Shown here: positions 50,475 to 61,094 of the stretch, in pieces
How positions within the stretch are numbered: position 1 is the stretch's first letter
Layout of the letters: every line of letters begins with the position of its first letter
Assembly: GCA_013265495.1 (NCBI GenBank)
Contig: MU058669.1
Span: forward strand, 186,001 to 250,000
Length of the DNA: 64,000 nucleotides
Reading direction: 5' to 3'
From: Vicugna vicugna
Lineage: Eukaryota
Position numbers and translations under genes: made by a program
The notes under the pieces: generated by a model
What the model was told of the DNA's origin: nothing
Databases searched by the model: none
The model's input: the letters and a program-made list of their open reading frames with translations, nothing else

Positions 50475-50599
50475 AAGCCTTCTATATTTCTATTTATTAC
50501 TTATGCATGTCTTAAGGACTCTACAACTTACAGTTGAATGATACACTGCTGTGGTTTTTCTTGCCCATCTCTCACTACCTCTTTTTCTAGTGGTCGCCT

Positions 50600-51050
50600 C
50601 CCACTGATGTTCCTTTGGGGAACACCCCTGCCTCACTGTTATCTCACTGCCTGGAGGAAAAAGCATGTGACCCAGCCTGGCCATTGGGAATACAGACAGC
50701 CTCAGATACAGGGATTGGTCAGTAATGAGCATGTGACCTAAGCCAAGCCAATCAGAATCAAGAGGCATTAGTCGTGGGATTTTTTTCTGGAACCATAGGG
50801 AAGAATTGCAGGATAAGATCTGATGGATAGGATGCTAGAAGAGCAGCTGGACCTGTGCAACGCCTGTCTGAGACAAAAGTCAGCGCAGGATGAAGCAGAG
50901 TGGAGGGCGAGAGCCAGAAACACATTATCTTCTTTTAATTCCTGAATCCAGCCATGTCTGAAGCCAGAACTACCTCAGGACTCCCCACTTCCATGTCAGT
51001 AAATTCCCTTTCTGCTTACCCCAACTTGAGGTGGGTTTTGTCATATTCAA
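50600..51050 (+). mobile_element. MaLR LTR remnant (MLT1J/K-like)
   Basis: Repeated 'agcatgtgacc...agccaatcaga' and 'cctgaatccagccatgtctgaagcc...taaattccc'. Confidence 0.6.
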
Positions 51051-51611
51051 GGAAGGGTGCTGCCCATGTTGCCTGGTAAAAACAAAGTATAATTTGCAGA
51101 AGGTATAATTCCTTCAGCAGCTGGAATATTTCACAATCCTCTGAGGTGTGAAAGTAGCTGCTACTTTCCTGATGAAGCCCAGAGATGATGAATAAAAAAT
51201 GACAGCACATTACTGGCGAGTAGAGGCAGTAGCCAGTGAGGAAACATCCTGTTAGTGAGTAGACTTGGAGAGAGAGGAAAAGGGAATTCTGCATAACTGC
51301 GATGAAAATGCCTCACTCCGTGTGCGGTGCAGATCCCGCCTGCTTGGAAGCTGGCTTACAGCTGGCTTGGAAGAGCACAACTCTGGGGCTCAGGGAACAT
51401 GCCCTGCTCCCAGACATCTTCCTCCAACCCCTGGCTGTTGCCAGACACCCCCCAACCCCCTTAATTCTCTAGGCTTTATCAGAAAGCTTTTTTCCTACTG
51501 CAGTCCAAATTTCCTTCTGAAGGGTTTACCCTTCAGCAAGTTAGGGCTTGAGGCTGTTATCGGGCACTTACACCTCGGTGTAAACGACTGCTCCAGAAAC
51601 AGAAGGTAAGG

Positions 51612-51885
51612 CTGCAGTTGGCAGATTTTCTGTAAAGGGCCAGAGTAAATATCTGAGGCTTTGCAGACCATATGGTCTGAACACTGACGTAGCTCTCAAG
51701 CCGCCGTAGACACTGCGTAAGTGAACGGGTGTGGCTGTGTTCCAGTAACACTTCATGGGCATTGAAATCTGATTTTCATGTCACAAAATATTATTCTTCT
51801 TTGGATGTTTTCCCCTCAGCTCTTTAAAAAGGTAAAAGCCATTCTTAGCTCATGGGCCACACAAAAATAGTTTGTTGACTCCCCA
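51612..51885 (+). mobile_element. MER58B-like hAT-Charlie element
   Basis: 'ttttctgtaaagggccagagtaaatat...ggctgtgttccagtaa...ccattcttagctcatgggcc'. Confidence 0.8.
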
Positions 51886-53819
51886 GTAAGGAGGAAAGAA
51901 GCCAACAGGAGGGAGGCCCTGGTATCAAAGCCAAAATCCTCCAACTCCTCACTTGTGTTGGCTCTGAGTTTGGGGCTAGGAAACTACGAAATGTCCTTGC
52001 CGCTGCCTCATTTTTTCTGAGTGCTGAAGAGGTCAACAGTGGGTCAGAAAACAGTTCAGGAATAGAGTTAACCCCACGAGGGCCACTGCACGGCAGAGGC
52101 TGGTTTTCATTTAAAACTGTGCTCAGAGAACGCTGAAGGCCTAGAGGGGCCTGCACCTCGGGACACTCTCCTTTTCCAGTTCTGCCCACCCAGGTCTTCG
52201 GGCTCACTGTCTGATTTGCTCAGGATACAGAGACCACTGTGGTTTTCTCTTCATCCACAAGCAAGGATGGCCAATCTGACCAAGGAAAGGTGCTGAAATT
52301 CGCCAGGGTTATTTTTAAAGGATCAAACACATAATATTCTAATTTGAATTGATATTTAAATTCCTATTTTAATGAAACTGCATTTTTCCATACATGGCTC
52401 AAGAAGTCATTTCTCCCAGATCTTGATCTTCTGTAAAGTAAAGGACTTCACATTTATTTCTATTACCTCTCCCCCTGCGAGAGTCATGAAAAGGGCTGTG
52501 GGATTTTAGTGGTGGGAGTGCCCTTTTTATCCCTACTCCTAACACCTTCCTAGCTCTGGGTCCCAGTCCTGTCTGAGGCACCCCCTACTCTTCTCGTGCT
52601 TGGATCACAGGGATTTGCCCAGATTCTTGGAATGTCTCCAAACAAAAATCAACTTTTGTTTTGCCAAGTTTGAGTGGGTTTCTGTTATTGCCTTCCCAAA
52701 GATCCCTTTCTCGGAGGCACAGATGAGAAGGATTTTAGCAAATTTAGTAAATGAATTAAGATCAGCTACTTGTTCTTGAGGCAGGCAAGCTGGTGGCTGG
52801 TTCCTGAATGTCTGCTCCATTGCTGCCTGACTGTCCTGATGTCTGTACACCTTTAGAAAGACTTTGGTTTCCCTCTTTATCTGGCTCGCTTTGGGCTTTT
52901 ACAATATCAGCCCTCAAATCTAACCATACTATGTTCCGGGGGATAATGCTCTAGAAGTATCTGGTTGTTAAGACATTAAGCAAATATGTAAAATAAGACC
53001 TGCAACTAAGTGAGGGTAGTTAGATACTGTGATGAAAAGTCAGAGGAGCTTGATTCAGGCACTTTTGGTCCTGCCAACCTACATGGGCACCGCCCAGATT
53101 AACTGGTTGAAAGTCAACAGGAGACTAATTCAGTACTGACAGGTGAAAAAAGAAGTTACATTATTTAAACACAGAATTCTGATAAGATATTGAAATCAGC
53201 TGCCCAGTCTTGCTAATATTGCTGCTGACATGAATACTGCTGCTGACATTAGCAGTCACTATTTAAGGGACAATCGCTCTGTGCCAGGCACCGGGCAGAA
53301 CCAAGTGGGCTAGAATTCTGGCTGTATTTACTTTGTGCCTCTACATTTCACTGTCCTCACCTCTAAAATGAGGATTAAAAACAAGCGAGAATTAAGTGAG
53401 GGAAGTACGTAAGATGCTTTGCACCATGCCTGGCTCACATGAAATTTTCACATGTTACTACAGTTGGCTATTAGCCATTGAATTCATCTGTGGATCAATA
53501 AACAGGACTTGGCAGTGTGTCTTTACCGGGCGGGTCTTATACATAACATTTCTGGATGGGGAAAGGATGCTTTAGAAGTGGTCCTGCTCAGGGGCCAGAG
53601 GTGTCCCTGTGGTCTCAGTCCCTAGTACCTGGGAGAGTCGGAGGCTTGGGCTTTCCAGCAACTCTGGGTAGTTTTCCCGCCTGGCACCTCCTCCAGGATT
53701 GCCAGTGGTATTAAAGATGAAACGTGATTCCTGCCTCTCCCGCTGAATACAGAACCCGATCTCCGTGGAACCGGGCTGCCCAAAGCACGGGTGGCGGGGG
53801 CGGCTGTCGTTGGAACCTT

Positions 53820-53838
53820 CAACCACTAGAGGGCACTG
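53820..53838 (+). promoter_or_regulatory. CTCF motif in a small CpG-rich intronic patch
   Basis: CAACCACTAGAGGGCACTG. Confidence 0.65.
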
Positions 53839-55002
53839 CCGGCTCTCTTTTCCCTCAACGCCGGTCCCCATAGCAGCCCTGGCCGCCTCCTGAGCCCAGC
53901 ATCCCACCCGCGGAGGGAGCCCGGGAAGACCGCTGTCTCTTGGAGCCTCCGTCTTCCTTGTAAGCCGCAGGACAAGGGCTCTTCTGGGATCCAGAGGCTA
54001 CAATTCTACACGTCGTGGATTGTCAGAGGAGAAGGGAGGGTAGGCAAAGGACTGAGCAGAAGGAAGCTGTGTGATCTGAAGCCAAACAGGCTCGCACCGG
54101 GTTCCCTGTCGGGAGGGGTCTCCCCCAGGCAAAGCTGTGCGGTGACCTTTCCAGATCCCCCCACACCTCTCTGCGGCTCTCTTTCCCTCTGAGGACCCTC
54201 CCTACTCTTCGCTGTTCTTTTGCTGTCACCTTGGTTTTTTTCAAGACACTTAATATTTTAAAATTTATTATTGAGGTTTAGTGAACTCTCATTAAATACA
54301 AAACAAAAACCTCTGGCTAACAGTTCGATTTGTACACTGTTGACCAATTTAATGCAAGCAATGATTGATACAAACCATTTTAAGGCAGTAAAATAGTTTG
54401 ACACAGAATTTTTGGCATGATAGTTGGGAGGGGATGGGGAGAAGAGAAAGACACTGATGTTTATTAAAAGCTTAAATACCTTGTCTCAGTCTTTCCTAAA
54501 CACACCACTCCACCTGTATTGAATTTTCCTAATGTGTTGCTTGAGATCATAGCTAGTCTAACTTTGTAAATACTTTAGCTTTATCCTAAGTAATAATGTC
54601 TGTGAAATCACCAATTTGCCACACTAATCCACATTTTAAACACATGTAAATAATAATGTTCCTTTGTCTACCACCTAAAATCATCTCATTGGTCACACTT
54701 TGGGAAACTGTGTTATCTCCTTAATTCTCCAGGCAATGCTGAGTTGGACAAAATGAGCTTCCTTGAAGCAAAGGAGTAAACAGAGGCTCAGAGGAGTTAA
54801 GCAATCTTTCCAAGGTCACAGAGCTAATAAAGTGGTTAAGTAAGGCTTTAAGTAAGTTCTTTAAAGTTGGATTTCACCTCGGGAGTGGGGTGGGGGAACA
54901 TCCTCACACCTAGGGATTGCTAGGCCCGGGGCAGAGGGTGCCTCTGCTCTGCTGATGGCCATAGGCCAACCTCTCACCCGCTTAGGGAAGCCAGCACCTT
55001 AC

Positions 55003-55110
55003 CCGGGCCAGGCTGACTCCAGCGGGGACCTTGTAGGGCACGTACTTCCTGTAGATATGGCCCACTCTGGAGCAGGGGATGTCCTCCATGCGGCCTCCAC
55101 ACATCCACAC
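55003..55110 (-). CDS. GALNT10: GALNT10 exon (catalytic domain); upstream exons are not seen in this window
   Basis: [45 protein letters not shown], 108 nt, with the GalNAc-T motif [10 protein letters not shown]. Confidence 0.97.
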
Positions 55111-55719
55111 CTGCAGGGCGAGAAGCGAGAGATGATATTTCTGCCTCCAGTTCACTGCCTCCTCAAAGGCCAGTGTTCCTTGGTGCATTCATGAAAGCAT
55201 CAGCTTGGATTGTGTACTAAAGCCCCCACTCACAGAACTAGAGATGGAGGAAAACACAGTATTCACAGCAGCAGTAGAAACAGCGAGGAGGGCACCCAGT
55301 GCTTACTCACTACCAGATTCTGTGTTGCAGACTCGCACCCACTGAGACGCCCAGCTAAACAGAGCCCTGCACCCCGCACCCCACCCCGCCTCCTTGCAGT
55401 CCTGGGTTCACATCCTTTGCTACAAATCCTGACTCAGCCCCTATCCAGCTTTGTGCCTTGGATCAAGGCATCTAACTTCTCTGAGGCTCTGTTCCTCATC
55501 TGTAAAGGATTAAGTGAGGCAGTTTCAGAGGATGAGATGTTGCTGGTCAGATGCTCAGCACAAGACTTGGCACCTAGTCACAGCAGTGTTCGATGCTGCC
55601 AGGATGCATTTATACATTTGACTAATATTTACAGGGTACCTGCTACATGCCAAACATCGTACTGGGCACATTCAGCAATAAGTAAGTTGGCCAAGGCCCC
55701 TGCTCTCATGGAGGGACAG

Positions 55720-56222
55720 TGCGGTGGGCACCTTCCCAGGTGGCCCCCAGTGATCCTTGCCTCCTGGTATTGGCACGCTTAGGCAGTTCCCTCTCAGATG
55801 AGTCACATGAAGACTGACCTGTGTAACCAATAGGATCCTACAGCAGTGATGGCCAGGAAGGACACTGTGGCTCCCACCTTACTCCCGGGGATCACTTGCG
55901 TTGGGGCAGCCAACTGCCACGTTGGGAGGAAACTCAAACAGCCCCATGGAGAAGGACAGATGGTGAGGAGCGAGGCCTCCTGCTGATCCTGACTTGCCCA
56001 CCGTGTGGATGAGCCAACTTGTAAGTGGATTGTCCAGTCCTAGTCAAGCTTGCAGATGACTGCAGCCGTGGCTGATACCCTGACTACAACCTCATGACAG
56101 ACCCACGCAGAACTATCCTGTAAAACCTCTCCCAAGTCCCTGACCCACACAAACTTTGAGATAATCACTGTTTACTACTGCTTTACGATCATTTCTTCCT
56201 ATGGCAGTAGCCCACCAATGCA
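55720..56222 (+). mobile_element. MaLR solo LTR (MLT1F/G-like)
   Basis: TG...CA ends; 'ggcccccagtgatcct..cctcctggtatt', 'cagatgactgcagcc', 'cctgacccaca..aaact.tgagataat'. Confidence 0.75.
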
Positions 56223-59200
56223 GGGAGTTTCAGATGGTGATGTGTGCTTTATGGAAGTCAAACCATGCTAACTGGGTAGACTCATTGTTCGGATGTATGG
56301 GATGCTGCACTACCCCCACCTGTCAGGGGAAGACTCACTTAGAAGGGAATATTTGAGGCGAGACTTAAGGGATGAGAAGGCAAAAGTAACATAAAGATCT
56401 GAGGGGTGAGAGAACAGGCGGAGAGAAGAGCAAGTGCAAAGGCCCTGAGGTCGGGAGCCAGGTGCCTGTAGCAGAGGGAGTAAAGGGAGGAGTACGGGAG
56501 GGGAGGTCAGAGAGGTGAGCTGGGACAATCATAATGGTCTCTCAGGGCACAAGAAAGAGTCTTCATCAAAAGTCTTCAGTGACAGAAACAACACAATCCA
56601 CTCCTGATTTACAAAGAGGATTCTGTCTGCGGAGTGGAGATTGGCCTGGAGGGTACAGGGTTGGGAGAGAGAAGGCCTCCAGTGCTCTTGCAGATAAAAA
56701 GCAGTCATAATTTAGGGTTTATGGGGTTGTGGTGATGGTGGGACACAGCTGGGTTCGGGACATTTAGTATTCATCTTGCTGCCATCTTCCCTTGTTTGTA
56801 GGGTGAGGAGTAGGAGGGGGAGCATCTACAACTCCAATTCTCTGGCAAAAGAGCCTTTTCCAGCTTGAACTGCTCGACGGGGTATTGGGGATTTGGCTCC
56901 GTGTCCTGATTAATTCAGGGGCTTTAGACAGGCTGCTCTTCCACCTGGCACACCTGAGGGTCCTCAGTCCCTCATCATCTCCTGCCAGGCGTACTCTGTC
57001 CCGGGCTTCCCACGAGTGGACAGGCACGTGTGGGGCTGCCATTAGTGGAAACGCTGCCTGGAGAAATGCAATTATGTTCTGATCTTGGGGGAGAGAAAAA
57101 AAAATCGAGCAAGTCAATAGAACAGAACATTGGTCTCGAGATAATGGGCTCCTGATGGTAGATTAATGTCAAGGCCAAGCCAAGAAGTTTATTTTCAAAG
57201 CAGGAGATATTGATCAGGTGCCAGCATCCTATAACAATAACTCTTCCTTTATACAAAGTGACTGATGTGGAAGCCACGCTTTTGTCTGGTGGATATAGCC
57301 CAGGTTGCCGCTGGGTGGCCCCTGCCTTTTGGGAGGCAGAGCAGCACCGAGCAGGTGGGGACACCTTATCGTGCTCTATTTTTGAACATCTCCTGGGCGG
57401 CTGACTAGGCTAGCGTCCAGCTCTCTCGACCCCATATTAAACTTGCATTAGCTAACGAGGCTGTGTCTCCAGCTCTGCCTGGCAGGGAACCTTCCTTTAT
57501 GTAGACCAATGATCAATTTCCAAATCCTTGTATATGCTGTGACCTCAGGTTTCTTTGGCCTGGACTGTGCTGGCCATCAGCCTGAAAGTTCCTGAGGGAC
57601 CAGAGTGACCTTGATCTACTCAGAGGTTTGAGGCATCCAAAATGCTCTCAGATTCCCGGGATGCCCGGAGCCCAGCAGGAGCCCTGGCTTTGGACGGATG
57701 ATGGGCTCCCTCCCCGGCTACCCTGCCCTGGACGTGATTTGTTGACAGCTGAGTCAGAACGTGAACTGCCTTCAGAAAGACGCACACCTGTTCAGCGAAA
57801 GCTGCTGCCAACCCGAGTCCTCTGGGAGCACTTGCGCAGTCTGGGGGGCCCCCGCGGGGGGCACACCTAACTCTTCTGAACTCCCCCTGACCACCCAGAA
57901 CACGTCGTACACAGCAGGCACCACTCCCATGGTGTTTGCTGGTTATTTGGCAGGATCCCGAGGCTGGAGGGGGCTCTCCATCCAGGGACATGGTAACAGC
58001 CAGACTCACCCTGGGGCAGGGAGCTGGCCAGAGCTGGTCCCGGCCCCAGGTTCAGCTCATGGTCCAGGTTACCAACCTGTGCACCCTCCAGCTCCCCACT
58101 CCCCTTCACAGCTGAAGCAGCAGCCACCCAAGACCCACAACAACCACAGCTCAGGGGTTATAAGTAGGCACTGCTCTCCAGTCCCACCGCCACCTGTGCA
58201 GCTGTGTGACCTGGGGAGCCACACTCTCCCCATCTGTGACCTGCAGGTGACAGTCACTGCGACCTTGCAAGGCTGCTGGGATGACTTGAGACAACCCGTA
58301 AAGAGCACTTAGCTTGATGCTTGCCCGTAGCAAACCTGATTCATGTCAGTCATTTCTGTTTGCGAAAGGATGAGGAATACCACCACCTTGAAATGATCTG
58401 GCATTTGCCCTTTCGCCCAACACCATCATGTTTTTGATCCTATGGCCCGATTTCCCAAATGGAGAAAGCTCTGAAGCTCAGAGAGATGATGTAGTTTTTC
58501 TAACTGACCTGGTGGCAGAACCAGCAACTCACTAGGAGAGTGACAGGGCCATGTGTGCGGGGCACAGTCTTGGGCAGCAGCCCAAGGGTGTTCTCCTCTC
58601 CCCCCAGGTAACACCCCAGCAGGAGAAGAGCCCAGCTGGCGGCAGAGGGAAAGGAGCTGCAGTGCCGGCAGGAGCCAGAATCATGTCTGGTCGGGACCCC
58701 ATCACATTTGGATGGGGACAAAGACACGCCACTGAGATGACATCTTTGCAGCCTCTTTCTGCTGTTGGCTTTCTTCATTCCCCCTCCATGCCTCTCTCAG
58801 CCTCCAGCCCCATGAGAGATGCAGCTGGCTGCTGGGGGAGCCTTGTTCCACCTTAAGGAGTTCCCAAACACACCCAGCCGATCCCTTTCTTAGCGCTGTT
58901 TCCTCCTGCAGAACAGTCTTCTCCCTGGAAGCACCATGCCACCAGACAAGCACAAATCTAATTGTAAAAGCTTGCTCCCCATTCATTTTCATGGCTGCTT
59001 TGATTTATTTTATTAGCAAACTTCTTTTGTGTGATGACAGGCTTCATTACAGTGTCTATAAAAGACAATTACTCGCTCTTATCTCCTAAACTGAGGAGGA
59101 AAGAAACGAGTGGTGATGAGCATCGGGGAGACACAATGGGGCCCGCAGGGGAGCGGTGAGAGGCCCACCCTGGAGAGAGGAGCGTGAGCGAGCAGGGGCT

Positions 59201-59840
59201 GGGTGAGTCTTCTCCGTCAGGGAAACCTGCCTAGAAACCAACCAGGAAGGGATGGGCACCCTCCCTACCCACGGCGGGGAGATGGCAGCCAGCTATGGCT
59301 TTTGCTGTTGGCATCTCGGCTGAGGACCCCAATGAAGCCCAAACTCTATTCAGTTGCTCTTGGAAGCCACCATTAATATGCAATCAATCTAATAATCATC
59401 ACCAATTATTCCACATTATCTGTGTGCTTAGGAAGAACACAGGATAGCCTTGATGAACTCGGTCCTGGAGTTAAAACTGAGGGTCTGATCCAGGCTCTTA
59501 AGCAAGTTTTGTGAATCTGAAAGTCTCAGTTTCCTCATCTGCAACATGGGATGAATGTGTCTACCTCCCAGGGTTGTAATGAGGCTGGAATGAGGTAATT
59601 CTGAAGCACCGAGGGCTCTGAGCAATCCGAGTGGTGTCAACCTGGACACATGGCCACCATCACTACTGGTGTTGGGTGCCACACGTCTGCCACGCGATGC
59701 TCCTCAGAAAGAAGGAATGGTGTTGGATCATCATCTTCTAGAGGGTCAGGCTATTTTGAACGTATTAGCTTGTTCTGAACAACAAGATACTGTTTCAGGA
59801 AGCCTTACCAGCATGAAAGGACCTCACTCATGTCAGACTG

Positions 59841-59926
59841 ATTGATTTAAATGGAGGTACTGGGGAGTGAACTCAAGACCTCGTGAAAGCTAAGCATGCG
59901 CTCTACCACTGGGCTACATCCTCCCC
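59841..59926 (-). mobile_element. tRNA-derived SINE (Vic-1-like), more diverged copy with short tail
   Basis: Minus strand GGGGAGGATGTAGCCCAGTGGTAGAGCGCATGCTTAGC...GAGTTCACTCCCCAGTACCTCCATTT. Confidence 0.85.
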
Positions 59927-60914
59927 ACCATGCTAGTTTTAGATGCTTATACCCTTGGGTACAGTTGGTAAGAGTAGGAAAAAAAAATTGTTTAAAAAAA
60001 ATCCACAAAAATTTACTTTTAAGTTAATCTCTTATATGATATGGTTTAAAACAGATGTATATAAACTAATAAATTAAATATTTGACTGTTTCAACAATAT
60101 CCTGAGGTGTTTATAGTCAACTTGGCCAAAAAATGGGGGGTGGCTGCCTTACACTAGGGTTTTTTCCCTTTAATAAGTGAATTCAGTAAAGTTGCAGGAT
60201 GTATTAGGTTTTGACTCATATTTGAAATAGAGCAATCTTGCAGCCACCCAGTGAGGAAGGTACCAGCGTGCCTCTTACATGTGAGGAAATTGAGGCCTCG
60301 TGATATCAAGGGCCTTCCCCAGGGCTCCTCGGCTCATAAGTGGCAGAGCCCAGAGTCGAATCAGGGAGGGGGCTCCCAGAATGAGGCAGATCTGAGACCT
60401 CCAGGGAAGACTGCACCTCCTGGTTTGGTCTTTCTAAAGCCCATGATGGTCTTCCACAAAGACCCCCAACGGCACTTGTATTGTCTGCAGAACAAAGGGG
60501 TCACCCTGGGCTTGCAATCAAGGCCTCTGCCCCTGCTCGGGTCACCTCCAACCCTCTCCCCACCCCCTGGACCCCCCGTGTGGATGCTGCTGAGAGCCAG
60601 CTGAGGTGCACTCACCTTTACTCTCTATTGGGCACATGAACAATGCAGCCCAGGACAAACACACATTCATTCATTCATTTATTCATTCACACATGGCCTG
60701 GTCATTGGTCAGCCTTGCTCTAAGACCCTACTGGAAGAGATGGAACAGAAACTGGCTGCCAAGGGTGGACCCACTGATGTAGAGTCTTGAAAGTGGGGTG
60801 AAGGTGTTGGGACTTGCAGGCCAACCTGTCAACTAACCTACACATGACTCTGTCTTTCCACAGCCTCGCCAGAGCATCCACTCTGTACAAGACCTTGCCT
60901 GCTCATTACAGCCA

Positions 60915-61094
60915 CGATTTTCAATCTCGAGTGAGCATCAGAGTCACCTGGTGAGCTTGCTCAGAGACTGCTGGGGCCCACCCCTAAGATGTCTCACTCA
61001 GCAGGTCTGGGGTGGGGCCTGAGAATCTGCATTTCTTATAAGTTCCCAAGGGATACTGATGCTGCTGGGCTGGGGACCACACTTTGAGAACCAG
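60915..61094 (+). mobile_element. MER5A-like hAT-Charlie element (further MER5-like pieces at ~13400-13720)
   Basis: 'gcatcagagtcacctgg...ggtctggggtggggcctgagaatctgcatttct...ggaccacactttgagaacca'. Confidence 0.85.

Noticed and set aside
53212..53254. Short direct repeat TGCTGCTGACAT x2 (and TTTGACAGAATA x2 at ~35711-35740)
   Set aside because: Two-copy local duplications, not an array. No CRISPR-like or satellite structure is present in the window.
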